Shown here: in pieces, positions 52,801 to 64,000 of the stretch
Position numbering within the stretch: position 1 is the stretch's first letter
How the letters are laid out: each line of letters opens with the position of its first letter
Source: Sphaerodactylus townsendi
Taxonomy: Eukaryota
Length of the DNA stretch: 64,000 nt
Direction: 5' to 3'
Assembly: GCF_021028975.2 (NCBI RefSeq)
Contig: NC_059427.1
Location: 152,148,001 to 152,212,000 of the forward strand
Program-made: the position numbers and the translations under genes
The notes under the pieces: generated by a model
What the model was told of the DNA's origin: nothing
Databases searched by the model: none
What the model saw: only the letters and a program-made list of their open reading frames with translations

Positions 52801-53909
52801 TAGCTCCTGAAGCCTTCAGCATTTTTCACTCCAGGCAGCACAGCTGTTAAAGCAAAAATGGTGGAGGCAAGAATTGTTCCTGACCCATCTCTTAGACCCA
52901 TTCATCCTCTTCCCTTTGAGGTGCTTAGTGGTTAAAAGCAGGTGAATCTCTAATCTGGAGAACTAGGTTTGATTCCCTACTCTTCCACACCTGAGTGGCT
53001 GGGAAGGCTTATCTGGTGAGGCCTGGTGTGTTTTCACTGCCCTCCTACATTCCTGCTGGGTGACTGTAGGAGTTAGTCACATTTCTTTGGAACTCTCTCA
53101 GCTCCACCTTACCTTACAAGGTGCCTGTTGTGGGGAGAGGAAGGGGAAAGAGGCTGAAACGCACCTTGAGTCCTGCCTTACAGGAGAAAAAAGGGGCATA
53201 TAAATCCGAAACTCTTTCTTCTTTCCTGGAAGCGGTTCTGGGACAAATGCTGCCCAGGAATGGGATATACTGGCGGTATCCCCTATTCCAGATATGCTGA
53301 CTCAGATTTATTTCAATAGCTTAGATGCATGAGAAATCATCTCAGTATGTGGTGGAATTCCACCCCCCCAAATCCTGAGAGATAATCTAATCCCTCCGGA
53401 CCCCAAACTGACCCTTTGTGGGTCCTAGTTAGAATTACCTCCGTCCCCTTCCTATATAGCAAAACTTCATTGACTAAAATAAAAATACACTGGATTACCC
53501 AGGTTTAGAGTTCTAAACCATGCACGTATCTGCGAAATTAATAACATGTGTTGCCCAAAAGGTGGGGTATTTAACGTGCTTTGACTTTGAACGATAAAAT
53601 AAGCACAAAGCAGGGAAGGAAGCTTACACAAGCATAGAATTGAGGGGTGACTTGGAAAGACGTATAATTTTTTAAGGAAAAGAGTCGGCCAAAGAACGAG
53701 GGGAAAGAAACTTTCATAGAGGTAATATATTTGACGTATCAGGAATAAAAAATAGAAAAAGAATTGATCTCGAAAGAACAGATCATCCCACAAGACACGC
53801 GGGTTCGCCTCTGCGTTTCTCTTCTTGGAAGGACTTCAAGGGAATCTGTGGATATTTTCGCCCTTGGGAACAAAGCAAGAGTTCAGAGCGCCCTGGGAAG
53901 AGAGTGCAT

Positions 53910-54055
53910 ACTGGCATCCAATAGCGGTGAAGGGGCGGGAAAAGAGACCAGGAGCGCGGTGGCCGTAATCCTGGACAAGCCCGAAATTTCAAAATCTCAA
54001 ACTGATAGGCTGACCTCCCCAGCCAATCAGAAGCGGGGGGCTTTGCTATAAATTC
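53910..54055 (+). promoter_or_regulatory. H3 promoter
   Basis: CCAAT at about 53918 and 54023, GC box GGGGCGGG at about 53932, TATAAAT at about 54047; CpG-rich. Confidence 0.75.
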
Positions 54056-54133
54056 TCTGCCCCCCCAAGCACTTGCTCGCATACCGCTGTGTTCTTCGTA
54101 GAGGAATTGTGTTATAGCAGAGAAAGTTGCAGG

Positions 54134-54571
54134 ATGGGTTCGTACATGAAACTTTAAACTGCCCGCAATCCACCGGAGGAAGGCTCCCTCGCAAGCAGCT
54201 CGCCACCAAGGCTGCCCGCAAAGAGATGCGCCTGCTTCACCGGGGCGTCAAGGAAGCTCTCACCGTTACCGCCCCGGGACTGTCGCCCTGCGGGAGATCG
54301 CCGCCATACCAGGGGTCTACCGAGCTGCCTGCTATCTCGCAAGCTGCCTTTCCAGCGCCTGGTGGTGAGAGAAATCGCCCGCCAAGATTTCCTAAGACCG
54401 ATCTGCGTTTCCAGAGCTCTACTGTCATGGCTTTGCAAGAAGCCAGCGAAGCTTATCTCGTGGGGGGTTCTTTGAGGACACCAACCTGTGTGCTATCCAC
54501 GCCAAAGAGGGTCACCATCATGCCCAAAGATATCAGCAGCTGGCTCGCCGGATCCGAGAGAGAGAGCTTGA
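54134..54571 (+). pseudogene. H3: Histone H3 copy with many frameshifts (pseudogene, or a real gene in error-rich sequence)
   Basis: Recognisable H3 blocks in shifting frames ([48 protein letters not shown]); ATG 54134, TGA 54569-54571; promoter and stem-loop retained. Confidence 0.85.
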
Positions 54572-54610
54572 GTTTCTCCAACTCGGCTGCGAGCAACAAA
54601 GTAATCCAAA

Positions 54611-54655
54611 GGCTCTTTTAAGGGCCGCCACAGGCACCTCGAAAAAAAAGGCTGT
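54611..54655 (+). terminator. Histone stem-loop and degenerate HDE of the damaged H3
   Basis: GGCTCTTTTAAGGGCC at 54611-54626, then GAAAAAAAAGGCTG. Confidence 0.88.
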
Positions 54656-57600
54656 TGGCTGCTGCCATGTTTCTAATGAGACTTAAAGATAGCAAAAGTA
54701 TTACGATGCTCCTAAACTTGGTAGCCGTGATGGGAAATGTACGTAATAGTCTCAAAGTTTTAGGCTGAGAAAGTGGTCTTGTCTTTTTTTAAGCTCCTTT
54801 TTTCTTAATCCTTTCCTTCCCTCCCCTTCAGAAAATACAATTGTATTTCAAGAGCAGGTTTGGGAAATTGGATTTCAGCACTAAGTGCATTTAGGTTTGT
54901 AGGCATCAGCGGCTGCAAATTATGGGTTCATGGTTCTGGGCTCGATTCTTGGATGGTGCTGGAGTTTGATAATGGCCCATTTACTGCAGCACACTGTACT
55001 CTGCACTTCTGTAAACTTTTAAAGAAAGTGCTTTAAGCAAAGGCAAGGTAGAGAGCACGGTTACATTCTTGCACTTCACTACTGGCAGTGAACTAAATTT
55101 TATAAAAAATCAACCTAGTGGGACACATGCTTTTTTTTTTTGAACCTAATAAAGAGACTCAGCAGGGGTTTGAAAAATTTGCTTACTATCTGCATATTAA
55201 CATGAAATGGTAGTGGACTGCCCTGCTAATTTTGCCTAATCCGTTCAGGAAAAGTGGGAATTTCTTGTGTTTTCTCTGAATTCGCTAGTGTGGGAGCTTT
55301 TTTTGGTGTTAGATGCACTGCCCCAGATTTAGGAAGGGTTATTCTTCGTGGAAAAAGACGTTCCGGAAAAAACTGAAGAGCAACAACCCAAACTGCACAA
55401 GATTTGGTTGGAGTCAATCGAGGAAACCACAGCCCTCCATGTGCAGGACTGGAACAGGGTTGTTAAACCTAATGTTTTTTAACAGGTCCTCAGCGCACCC
55501 CCCAGCCCTTGCTGGCACATGCAAAATAATGCGCACTTTCAATGTACTTTTGCGAAACTGGGTTTTACTGTGTGGGAATAGCAAAATACACTTGCAGACA
55601 ATTGTATGAAAGTGGATTGAAAGTGCATTACGTGTCTACGTAATGTGGAAGGGACGCCAGTGTACACAGAGCTTCCCTGAATCTTTAAGAGACTGACGCT
55701 ACTTGAGTTCTGTAAGGAGGCAGATCCAAAACCAGAGCACACATGTGGCCTGTATTTTGGAATGGCCTGAGTGGGAATAACCCACACCAGAAGCCATATT
55801 TGCTTTTTCTGCAAATCGGCAGAGAACTGCCGGTCTTTCCTGGCATTCAGGTGAAGTTGCCCTGCAGGCTGAGGAATTGCCTGATTGGAGCTGCGGGATG
55901 GAGCTAAGCTTTCTGATTGGCGGAAGACCTCAGCAACAGTTTGAAATGGGCCTCTCCACTAAGCGACTGCATTTCCTGCCTGTGAAGAAACAGCAAACCT
56001 AATGTTTTAAAGAAACATCGCACACACCCACTCCAGCGGGAGACATCTTGTTTCAACCTGAAATTCCAGCAGGACTGGGTAATTGCAGACTAGGGAACAA
56101 TTACTTCTTTCTTTGGATTACTAAAAGGGGCAGAACTTGAAACCTTCCTGCATCTATTATTTAGAACTTCCCTTGCTGTTATTAGAAAGGAAGAGGATGA
56201 GGCTGCATATGCAGCCAGAAAAAGCTATGCTAGATCCATGCTCTGTGCCTCAATTTCCCCTAATTTTTGTTTTAATCTCTGGCCCCTAATAAATCCAGGT
56301 CCTTATTCCGGCCTTTGGGGGAAATTTTAAGAGGATTCCTTTTTAAATAAAATGGCTAATTGGGCAACATAGGAGTGTGATTTTGGGGTTCTTTTACATA
56401 TGGCGAAAATCAGTCTGGTGTGAGGGTCTCATTTTACTATTGTGTATTTTAACATTATTTTAAATTGGCTATACTTTGCACCCTTGTGTTTTGAGAGGGA
56501 GGCTAGAAGGGATCGTCAGTATCCATCACCTGTTGTACACTGCTTACATGCTCAGAGGTAATGCCGATTGCTATTCTTAGAATCAGGAAGGAATTTTCTT
56601 CTCGTGGCCAGACTGGCCAGGGACCCTGGAGGTTCTTTGCCTTCCCTTTAGGCATAGAGCAGGGCACTCTGGGAAGTGTGGGGAGGAAAGTAGTTGTGAA
56701 TTTTCTGCATTGTGCAGGAGTCTGGACTAGATCTCGAGGTCTGCTCCAGCAATTTGAGTGATTTCGCACATTATATTTATAGCAAGTTGCAATCGTTATA
56801 AATATGATGTGTGGAATTATGTATATTTCTAAGTTGGTTTAGTGATACTCCATATGACTCCATTACGTATCAGTGGAGAATATTATGTAATAGTTGTACA
56901 CTAGCAATCATTTTGCAACTAGACTGCCTATTCCTTGGAGAAAAATCTGGTTGCAAATTATTGCTGTGCTCACAGTGTTATGAATTATGGATGCAGCCAA
57001 AATCTGGGCAATTTTTAATTCTGCAAATTGTGCAAGCCTAGATCACTATGTTCTAAACTCTAGAAAAAAAACACTATGCGTATGCTGTAATATGATTATT
57101 TGCATTACTACTACTACTACTACTACTACTGCAGCCCAATGAAACCACCAAACCCAAATCCTGGTTGCTCATACTCAGTAATTACTTCCGGCAAGGACCG
57201 GAAACAAATTAAAACATAACACATAAAATAAGGATACAGTAGTTTATTGCATTCAATTGTTCATTCACCTACATTATTTTTGCTTTTCCTTTCCTTTATA
57301 GGGCCCCAAGGCAGTTAACAAAGCATGATAAGAGGCCTTGGGAGGTTAAATAAAATTACACAACAGAGTAATATAAGCAGGTATAGTGTCTGCTTGAAGA
57401 GAGGTAATGCTATATGGATGAAACTTTAGCAACCAACCACACAACTGCCAAATTAGTAATGAAATTCGTGGAGGTTTTGCAGGGGAAGTGCTGATAAGTA
57501 TGGATGGCAAGTGTGGACGTTGTACTTGAATTAAAAGATACGACAATAACTGATCTTCTCAGAACCAATCCAGGAATCTGCCTGGCAATGCACGGAGTTC

Positions 57601-59699
57601 TCCTTGAAACTTCAATCACAGGTGAGTCCAGGTCATCAGCTATCTTTGGTAATCAGGCTTATCACTCAGAATGAATCCTTAATCACAGACCCAGGGAGGC
57701 TATTCAGCCAATGTAACTCGGCCTTTTAGCCCAACAGACTTCACCTGGCTAGGGCCCAGATAACATGCTTCCACACCAATCTATACCATCTCAGTGCCTT
57801 CATCCCTACCCTATGGTGCCAGGTGCCCTTCAGGTTAAGCTCTGACTTATGACAACCCGGTGAAATTAAGCAAGGCAAGAGACACTCAGGGGTGGTTTGC
57901 TGTGTGTACCTCTGCATGGCGTAACGCTGGGCTTCCTTTGATGGCACAGAGAAAAATGGACACTTTGGATGGTGGAGATTCTATGTCATCACATTCCTAC
58001 CAAGCTCCCTCACAAGGGAATTTCCCTCCTAAGAGTTGACCACTATCCATCCTGGTATTGAGGGGAAATGGAGTGTTAAAAAGTGAGGTGGACTCTAATC
58101 TGGAGAACTGGGTTTGATTCCCCACTCCTCCATATGAGTGCCAAACTCTAACCCACGATGAACTGGACCCAGCTCCCCTACACATCTCCTTTCCCACATG
58201 AAGCCTTCTGGGTGGCTTTGGGTTAGTCAAGCAGTTTTCTCAGAACTGTGTTTCATTCCCTACCTCACCAAGGTGTCTGTTGTGGGAGAGGCAGGGGCCA
58301 GGAGTCAAGTAGCCACTTACTAGGAAGCTGAGTTAGCGCAGGTATAAATCAAACTGCCCTTCCCCTTACCTCAAGAGGTTTTCACTATTACCTGTGCAGG
58401 GCATCTGATGAGCTATGGCTTGAACTCTGTGTCTCCTTCCTGTGGCAGAAATATGCAGATGTATGTTTGTAAGAGGATTTTTTTCTTCCTGGTTAGGCAA
58501 ACAGCTAGGAAAAAAAGTTTCCAGGAGGTAGGCTCAGTGGTCTGCAGTAGAGACAGATGAATTCAAAGGATCTACAGTCTCAAAGCTCATATTGTAAAAT
58601 TATTATTTTGGTCTTTAAAGTGCTTTTGCACTTGAACTTTATAGGAGGAAGGGTTCCTCTGGAAGCCATATTTTAATGACCCAAAGTTCCTTTTTTCATA
58701 AACAAAGAAAAGATTCCTCTTGTATCTTCCCTTTGGATGCCTGGAATAAAATTTGGCATTATCTCAACCCGGTATGACAAAAGCTGTCCTTTGCAGATGT
58801 TCTATCTGGTTCTTAAAAAAAGTATAGAACTCCTTCTCCTTTGTTGCTAGATTTTCAGAATAAACCACACACCCAAGTATCGTTTTTTAAGAATGTTCAT
58901 TTTAATGGTGTTCTTGTGCACAGTCTGTGTTGGCTAAAAGTTGTCCTCCAAACACTGGGGGCCGTGCCTGGTTTGTTTCTTAGGCCAATAATCACACACA
59001 GGGGTGGGAAAATATTCAATCCGTTTACTTCTGTGCAGAAATGAAATAGGGACACTTGATCAGCTTCTCTAATCAAGTGCCGAGGAGTTCAAAGCTAAAA
59101 ATTTTAATACTTTTTTTTCATGTATATGCGGTGGACTCGAGGGCTGCGACAAATGCTCCCTTTCTCCCCCACAACAAACACCCCTGTGAAGTGGGTGGGT
59201 ACTGAGAGGAAACTCTGAAGAACTGTGACCCAGCCTAAGGTCACCCCTGCTGTGGTGCTGGCTAATCCACCCAAGTTCACCAGGATAAGCCTCCCGCGGT
59301 TCTAAGTGGCAGAGCAAGGGAATCAAACCTGGTTCTCAGTGATTAGAGTGCCCCAAATCTGCTGTTTTTGTGTGCCACAAGCTGTCATTAGCTACCCCAT
59401 CCACCGCCTGAAGTGGCTGATATATGTCACCTTTAGAGGGATTTTGGTGGGGCCAGGAGGTGTGAAAAACAACAAACCTCCTCAGCCAGCTGAAAGCTCT
59501 CATGGGGCTGAAAGGCAGGGGAGGGGCAGATTATAGGAGCAGTAACAGAGCACACGGCAATCTAAAGCCTGACTGGAAATGCTCTGTCCTGCCATCTCCC
59601 CTGTCCTGGCATCAGATCAAATGACAATGCAGCTCCTAGTGCCAGCCTCCCTTCTATGTCTGGTGCCACCAAGGTCTGCGGTGCCCACCTGCCTCCCAG

Positions 59700-62600
59700 G
59701 TTCACTCATTTTTGGAAGCATGCAGATTTAACATCAATTTATTAGTATGGATATAAGCTAGTATGGATATAAAAGCCTTGCAAGATTGTACTACAGTTGC
59801 AAAACACCATAAATAACGGCGTAGCATCATCCTTATGAACAACGACTTTAGCCATCCAAAATTCAGAAGCCAGGAAGTTAACCAGGAAACATTAAATCCT
59901 TGATCAATTTGCAATCCTTGGCTCCATTTGTTTGAAATTCTTAATTTTAGGAGTCAATTAAATTGGTTATATCACTGAGGTTGAAGCAGCAAAGTCTCTT
60001 GAAAACTCCATGGCTCTAGCCGAAATAATAAAAGTGCAATCGATGGCACTGCGATGATTTTGCAAAGTGGCCTCTCAAACTCCCAGTAGTCTTATGTGAA
60101 CAGGATCAGGGCATGTGGGATCTCATTGATTGTCTTAGCTAAACATAATGCGATTCAGATTATGTGAGTTTGCTTCACAGCAAGTCCAGGGACTCCCCCC
60201 TAAAAAGATGTAATAGCTCTCATACAGTACAGAAATTTCATGTATTGTGTCAGAAGCACATGTCACAAGACCTCTTAAAGAATTTGTCTAAGACCTTTAA
60301 AGAATTTGGAGCCAACTTGGTGCAAGAATCAACAAAGTTTATTTAAAAGATCACGTTTCTTACCAAACAACGCACGTCTAATCAACAGAGAGAGGCACAC
60401 CTAACAGTCTAAACATCATGCATATATTCCTTCAGATGAGTGGCTGTTTCCTCCCCTTCGACTCCCCATTGGGAGGGCCAAGGGTTTACAGGACTAAGGC
60501 ATGGTCCAATAATTACAGACATTGTCTCTCAACTCCCCTATTTGCCCTTCCACTTCCAAGAATTGTTCTCAACTTTCCACTTATTACCTCTTTCTTATCT
60601 GTCTGTTGGAAGGTCACCTTTGTCTCTTTTTTAGCAATTCCTACTCAAAAACTCCCTTTCACACCCCTACCCCAGCATACGGCTTCTGCTCTACTAGTCT
60701 AAGACTTGTTTTCTATACTTTTGTGGTTAACATGTCTTGCTTAACTTCTTTGTTCATTTTTTCCAATATACCTACTATAGATAGGCTGGCTATCTTGGTT
60801 AAACATGGCGTTTCCTACTGCACAACCCACTCTTTTGCCCTGTTTGACCTCTTAACATTAGTCTGTTTAGCTTTTCATAGAAACAAGAAAGAAAATACAA
60901 TTTGCCCCTTAACATGCTAGATTATAGGGATACATATAAATCCTTATTTCATTCTTAAATGATATACATATATAGATACTGAAAAAAGCCACATACTAAG
61001 CTATAGGACTACATATAAACCCATATTTCATTCTTTGAATGATATATATTGAAAAAGCAATATTTCTTTTTTATTTTATCATGTGTTGTTTCATGTGAAA
61101 TTAATATAGTGATTGCCACAACACTTATAGGGGTCATTGTATTGTCTGAACAGGCTGTTTCTTATGGACTTGGATGGCACATCCCACACACTTAAACCAG
61201 GGGTGGGATGATGGGGCCTAATTGGAGACAGAGAATTTGCCTCCCATCCGGTCCAAATGCGAAGGCGGGCAAATAAACTGGGCTTTCACTAATACCTATT
61301 GTTGCCCCGGTGAGCATACAAGGCAGAAATGGCCAGTGGTTTTAGAAGCACAAACCTGTATAAACTTTTGGAATTTTCCACACTATTAACCAATAAACAA
61401 TGGGAATACCAAGACATTCAATTACAAATAACTTTCGAACCTCTGGTTTTATAATTCTCTAAATGAAACTGATTGGAATACTGTCCCTCCAAAGAAGTCT
61501 CTGTGAAAAAAAACATATTGGTATTGCTCATCTTTCTGGAAGTTAAAACCTGCAAGTACCAAAAAAGAAGTTAAAAAAATGAACTGGAACAAAAACAAAG
61601 GTTGCAAACACGCACATGTCCTGCTGATCAATTTTGGAAATCACTTAGGAAAGTTTTGTTAGTTTCTGAAATTAGCTGCTTCTAGACCCCTGTTGTCACA
61701 GCTGGGGGCCTAATGTTGCTTTCCTTGAAGTCTGGGGTGATACTTGGCGAAGGCAACATGACTTTCCTACTGGACCTTAAGATATTAGCAATCAATTAAT
61801 AGGCAGCAATATGGCTTATCAGAGATAATCTGAAGCAGACCTTGTTCAGTCAGGGTTTTAAAGATCTTCATGCCTCCAGGTCTGTGGATTTGGAAACACC
61901 AGTTTCCAGTCCTGATGGTGGTGGACGGTCCTAATAGGATGTGTTGGTGTACCAATGTATTATTATGAAAGAGGGAAAGACAAAATCTGCAAGGCAAAAC
62001 TCATAGATCTTTGTGGACGCTTTATCTCTAATTTCTAATAATGTCTCTCTTATTCCCACTGGCCATGGGAAAAGGCTTACCATATAGCTCAAAAGTAGGA
62101 GGACTTAACTCCAGAGGTGGGATCCTAAACCACTTCTCACTTCTCTCTAGAGAAGTGGTTACTAACTCTTTCTGAGTGCCGAGAAGGGGTTACTAAAACA
62201 ACCTCCCTGCTTAACAGGGACTGGAGGTGTGTGTGCAAAGCACTGTTTGAATCCACCACCAATTATCGAGACCTGTTATTGAAATTTGTGGATCCCACCG
62301 CGGACTTTAGCTTCCTCTAGAGAGCAGCCAAACGTACACACATGGGAGCTTCTTTGATAATGCCTGCAGTTTAGTTTTAATAGGCATTTTTTGGCCCATG
62401 GTCCACTTGGATGTTTTGAAGAGGCTGTAGCTTCTCACTTTCTAGCTTCATGATCTTCCTTAATGGCGCTGCTTATTGGATGCAACCATTGATTAGAAAC
62501 CTCTTCCTGCCCTTGAAACAAAGTGCCAAACTCAGGGTTAGAATTTGTAGCAAAGTATCCTGCGTCATTGGAGGTTTTCAGGATCCTTTGAGGGGCATGC

Positions 62601-63160
62601 TTTTAGGGGACCCCACTTCTTCCATTTGGCCATCCCCTTCTACTACTAGATGTTCCATGTATTTGACTTTTAAGTATGGGTCACATACCACTTGTATAGT
62701 CCTTAGTGAAAGTGCTTTGAGCAGCTATGAAAAGCTTGGTGTCCATTGGCAATCTTTTCTCATGAGCCCTTTCTCTTTCCATCAAAGGTCTGTATGCATG
62801 CATAACACCAAATGCATCTGGGCAATCTGGGGTGTGAAGGGGTTTACAATTCTCCCTTCAGTTTGCTGTAGGGAACATGGGCTGCCCTAGTGACACAGGA
62901 AGTTATGCCATTTGTCCAGTCTTTCAAGTCCCTCCTACCACTCTGTTTTGAGCCATCCACCTGGTGTGTGCAGGCTTCTGCATCAGAGCCAGACTCATTC
63001 ATAGATGGGTCTCAGGTCTCTTCTTGTAGAAAGAACAGGGCTTCTGCAAAATCGGGGATGCACCATTCTCTGAAAGTGTCAATTTCCTCCAAACCCTAAA
63101 GTAACCTTGAAATGTTATACTTGGAGTCAATCTTGTGGTAGTCTACCATAACTCTTTCTT
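59700..63160 (-). mobile_element. Mosaic of decayed LINE-like fragments
   Basis: AT-rich sequence with broken LINE ORF2-like peptides on the minus strand; boundaries and family uncertain. Confidence 0.35.
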
Positions 63161-63595
63161 TGTAAGATGGCACGGCCTGTGGGGAGGGGACAAAACACAA
63201 ACAGTGGTTATCTCAAGGTATTAGCTTCTTTGTCTTCTCTATGTCACAGATTAAGAAATAATCCAACTACAGAGATAAGGCGCGAAGCTGCTGCAGTAAA
63301 TGGGCCATTATCAAACTCAGCACCATCCAAGAATCCAGCCCAGAACTAAGGAACCCATAATTGCAGCTGCTGATGCTACAAACCTAAATGCCTTAGTGCT
63401 GAAATCCAATTTCCCAAACCTGCTCTTGAAATACAATGATTTTTCTGAAGGGGAGGGAAGGAAAGGATGAAGAAAAAGGAGCTTTTAAAAAGACAAGAGA
63501 CTTTCTCAGCCTAAACTCTTTGAGACTATTACATTTCCCATCCGCTATCAATACTTTGCTATTTTAAGTCTAGTTAGAAACATGGTATCAGCTAA

Positions 63596-63637
63596 CAGCT
63601 CTTTTTTCTAGTTCTGTGGGTGGCCCTTAAAAGAGCC
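63596..63637 (-). terminator. Histone stem-loop and HDE of H3.2
   Basis: Minus strand GGCTCTTTTAAGGGCC (63637-63622), ACCCA, then AAAAAAGAGCTG (63607-63596). Confidence 0.95.
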
Positions 63638-63675
63638 TTTGGATTACTTTGTTGCTTGCAGCCGAGTTGAGAAAC

Positions 63676-64000
<325 letters not shown>

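Noticed and set aside
54127-54621. 164-aa novel H3 variant protein
   Set aside because: The ORF drifts in and out of the H3 frame, begins at a non-ATG codon and runs into the stem-loop; it is a by-product of indels.

Overview
Vertebrate genomic DNA, most likely a squamate (lizard/gecko-like) judging from the repeat families (inference). The right third (42.5-64 kb) is part of a replication-dependent histone gene cluster: a divergent H2B(-)/H2A(+) pair, H4(-), a second H2A(+) with no H2B partner, an indel-riddled H3(+) copy, and an intact H3.2(-) running off the window end. All carry canonical 3' stem-loops. The two H3 copies form a convergent inverted duplication including about 400 bp of 3' flank. 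The damaged copy lies in a stretch (about 50-62 kb) that looks like poorly polished long-read sequence, so it may be an assembly artefact rather than a pseudogene. The left two thirds are repeat-rich: 5S-derived and tRNA-derived SINEs, hAT and Harbinger MITEs (several nested), CR1/L2/L1 fragments, and Penelope-like fragments carrying minimal hammerhead-ribozyme motifs. The same region contains an RPS28 processed pseudogene with poly(A) and target-site duplication that the ORF track only partly captures. It also holds a muscle-type promoter (MEF2/TATA, E-boxes, M-CAT) with candidate spliced minus-strand exons of an unidentified gene, and an exon-like segment with a duplicated DG[KR]ISFPL motif. 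There are two N gaps, one inside H2B. I found no clearly new biological system; the best leads are the unidentified spliced gene(s) and the ribozyme motif between H2A and H4.
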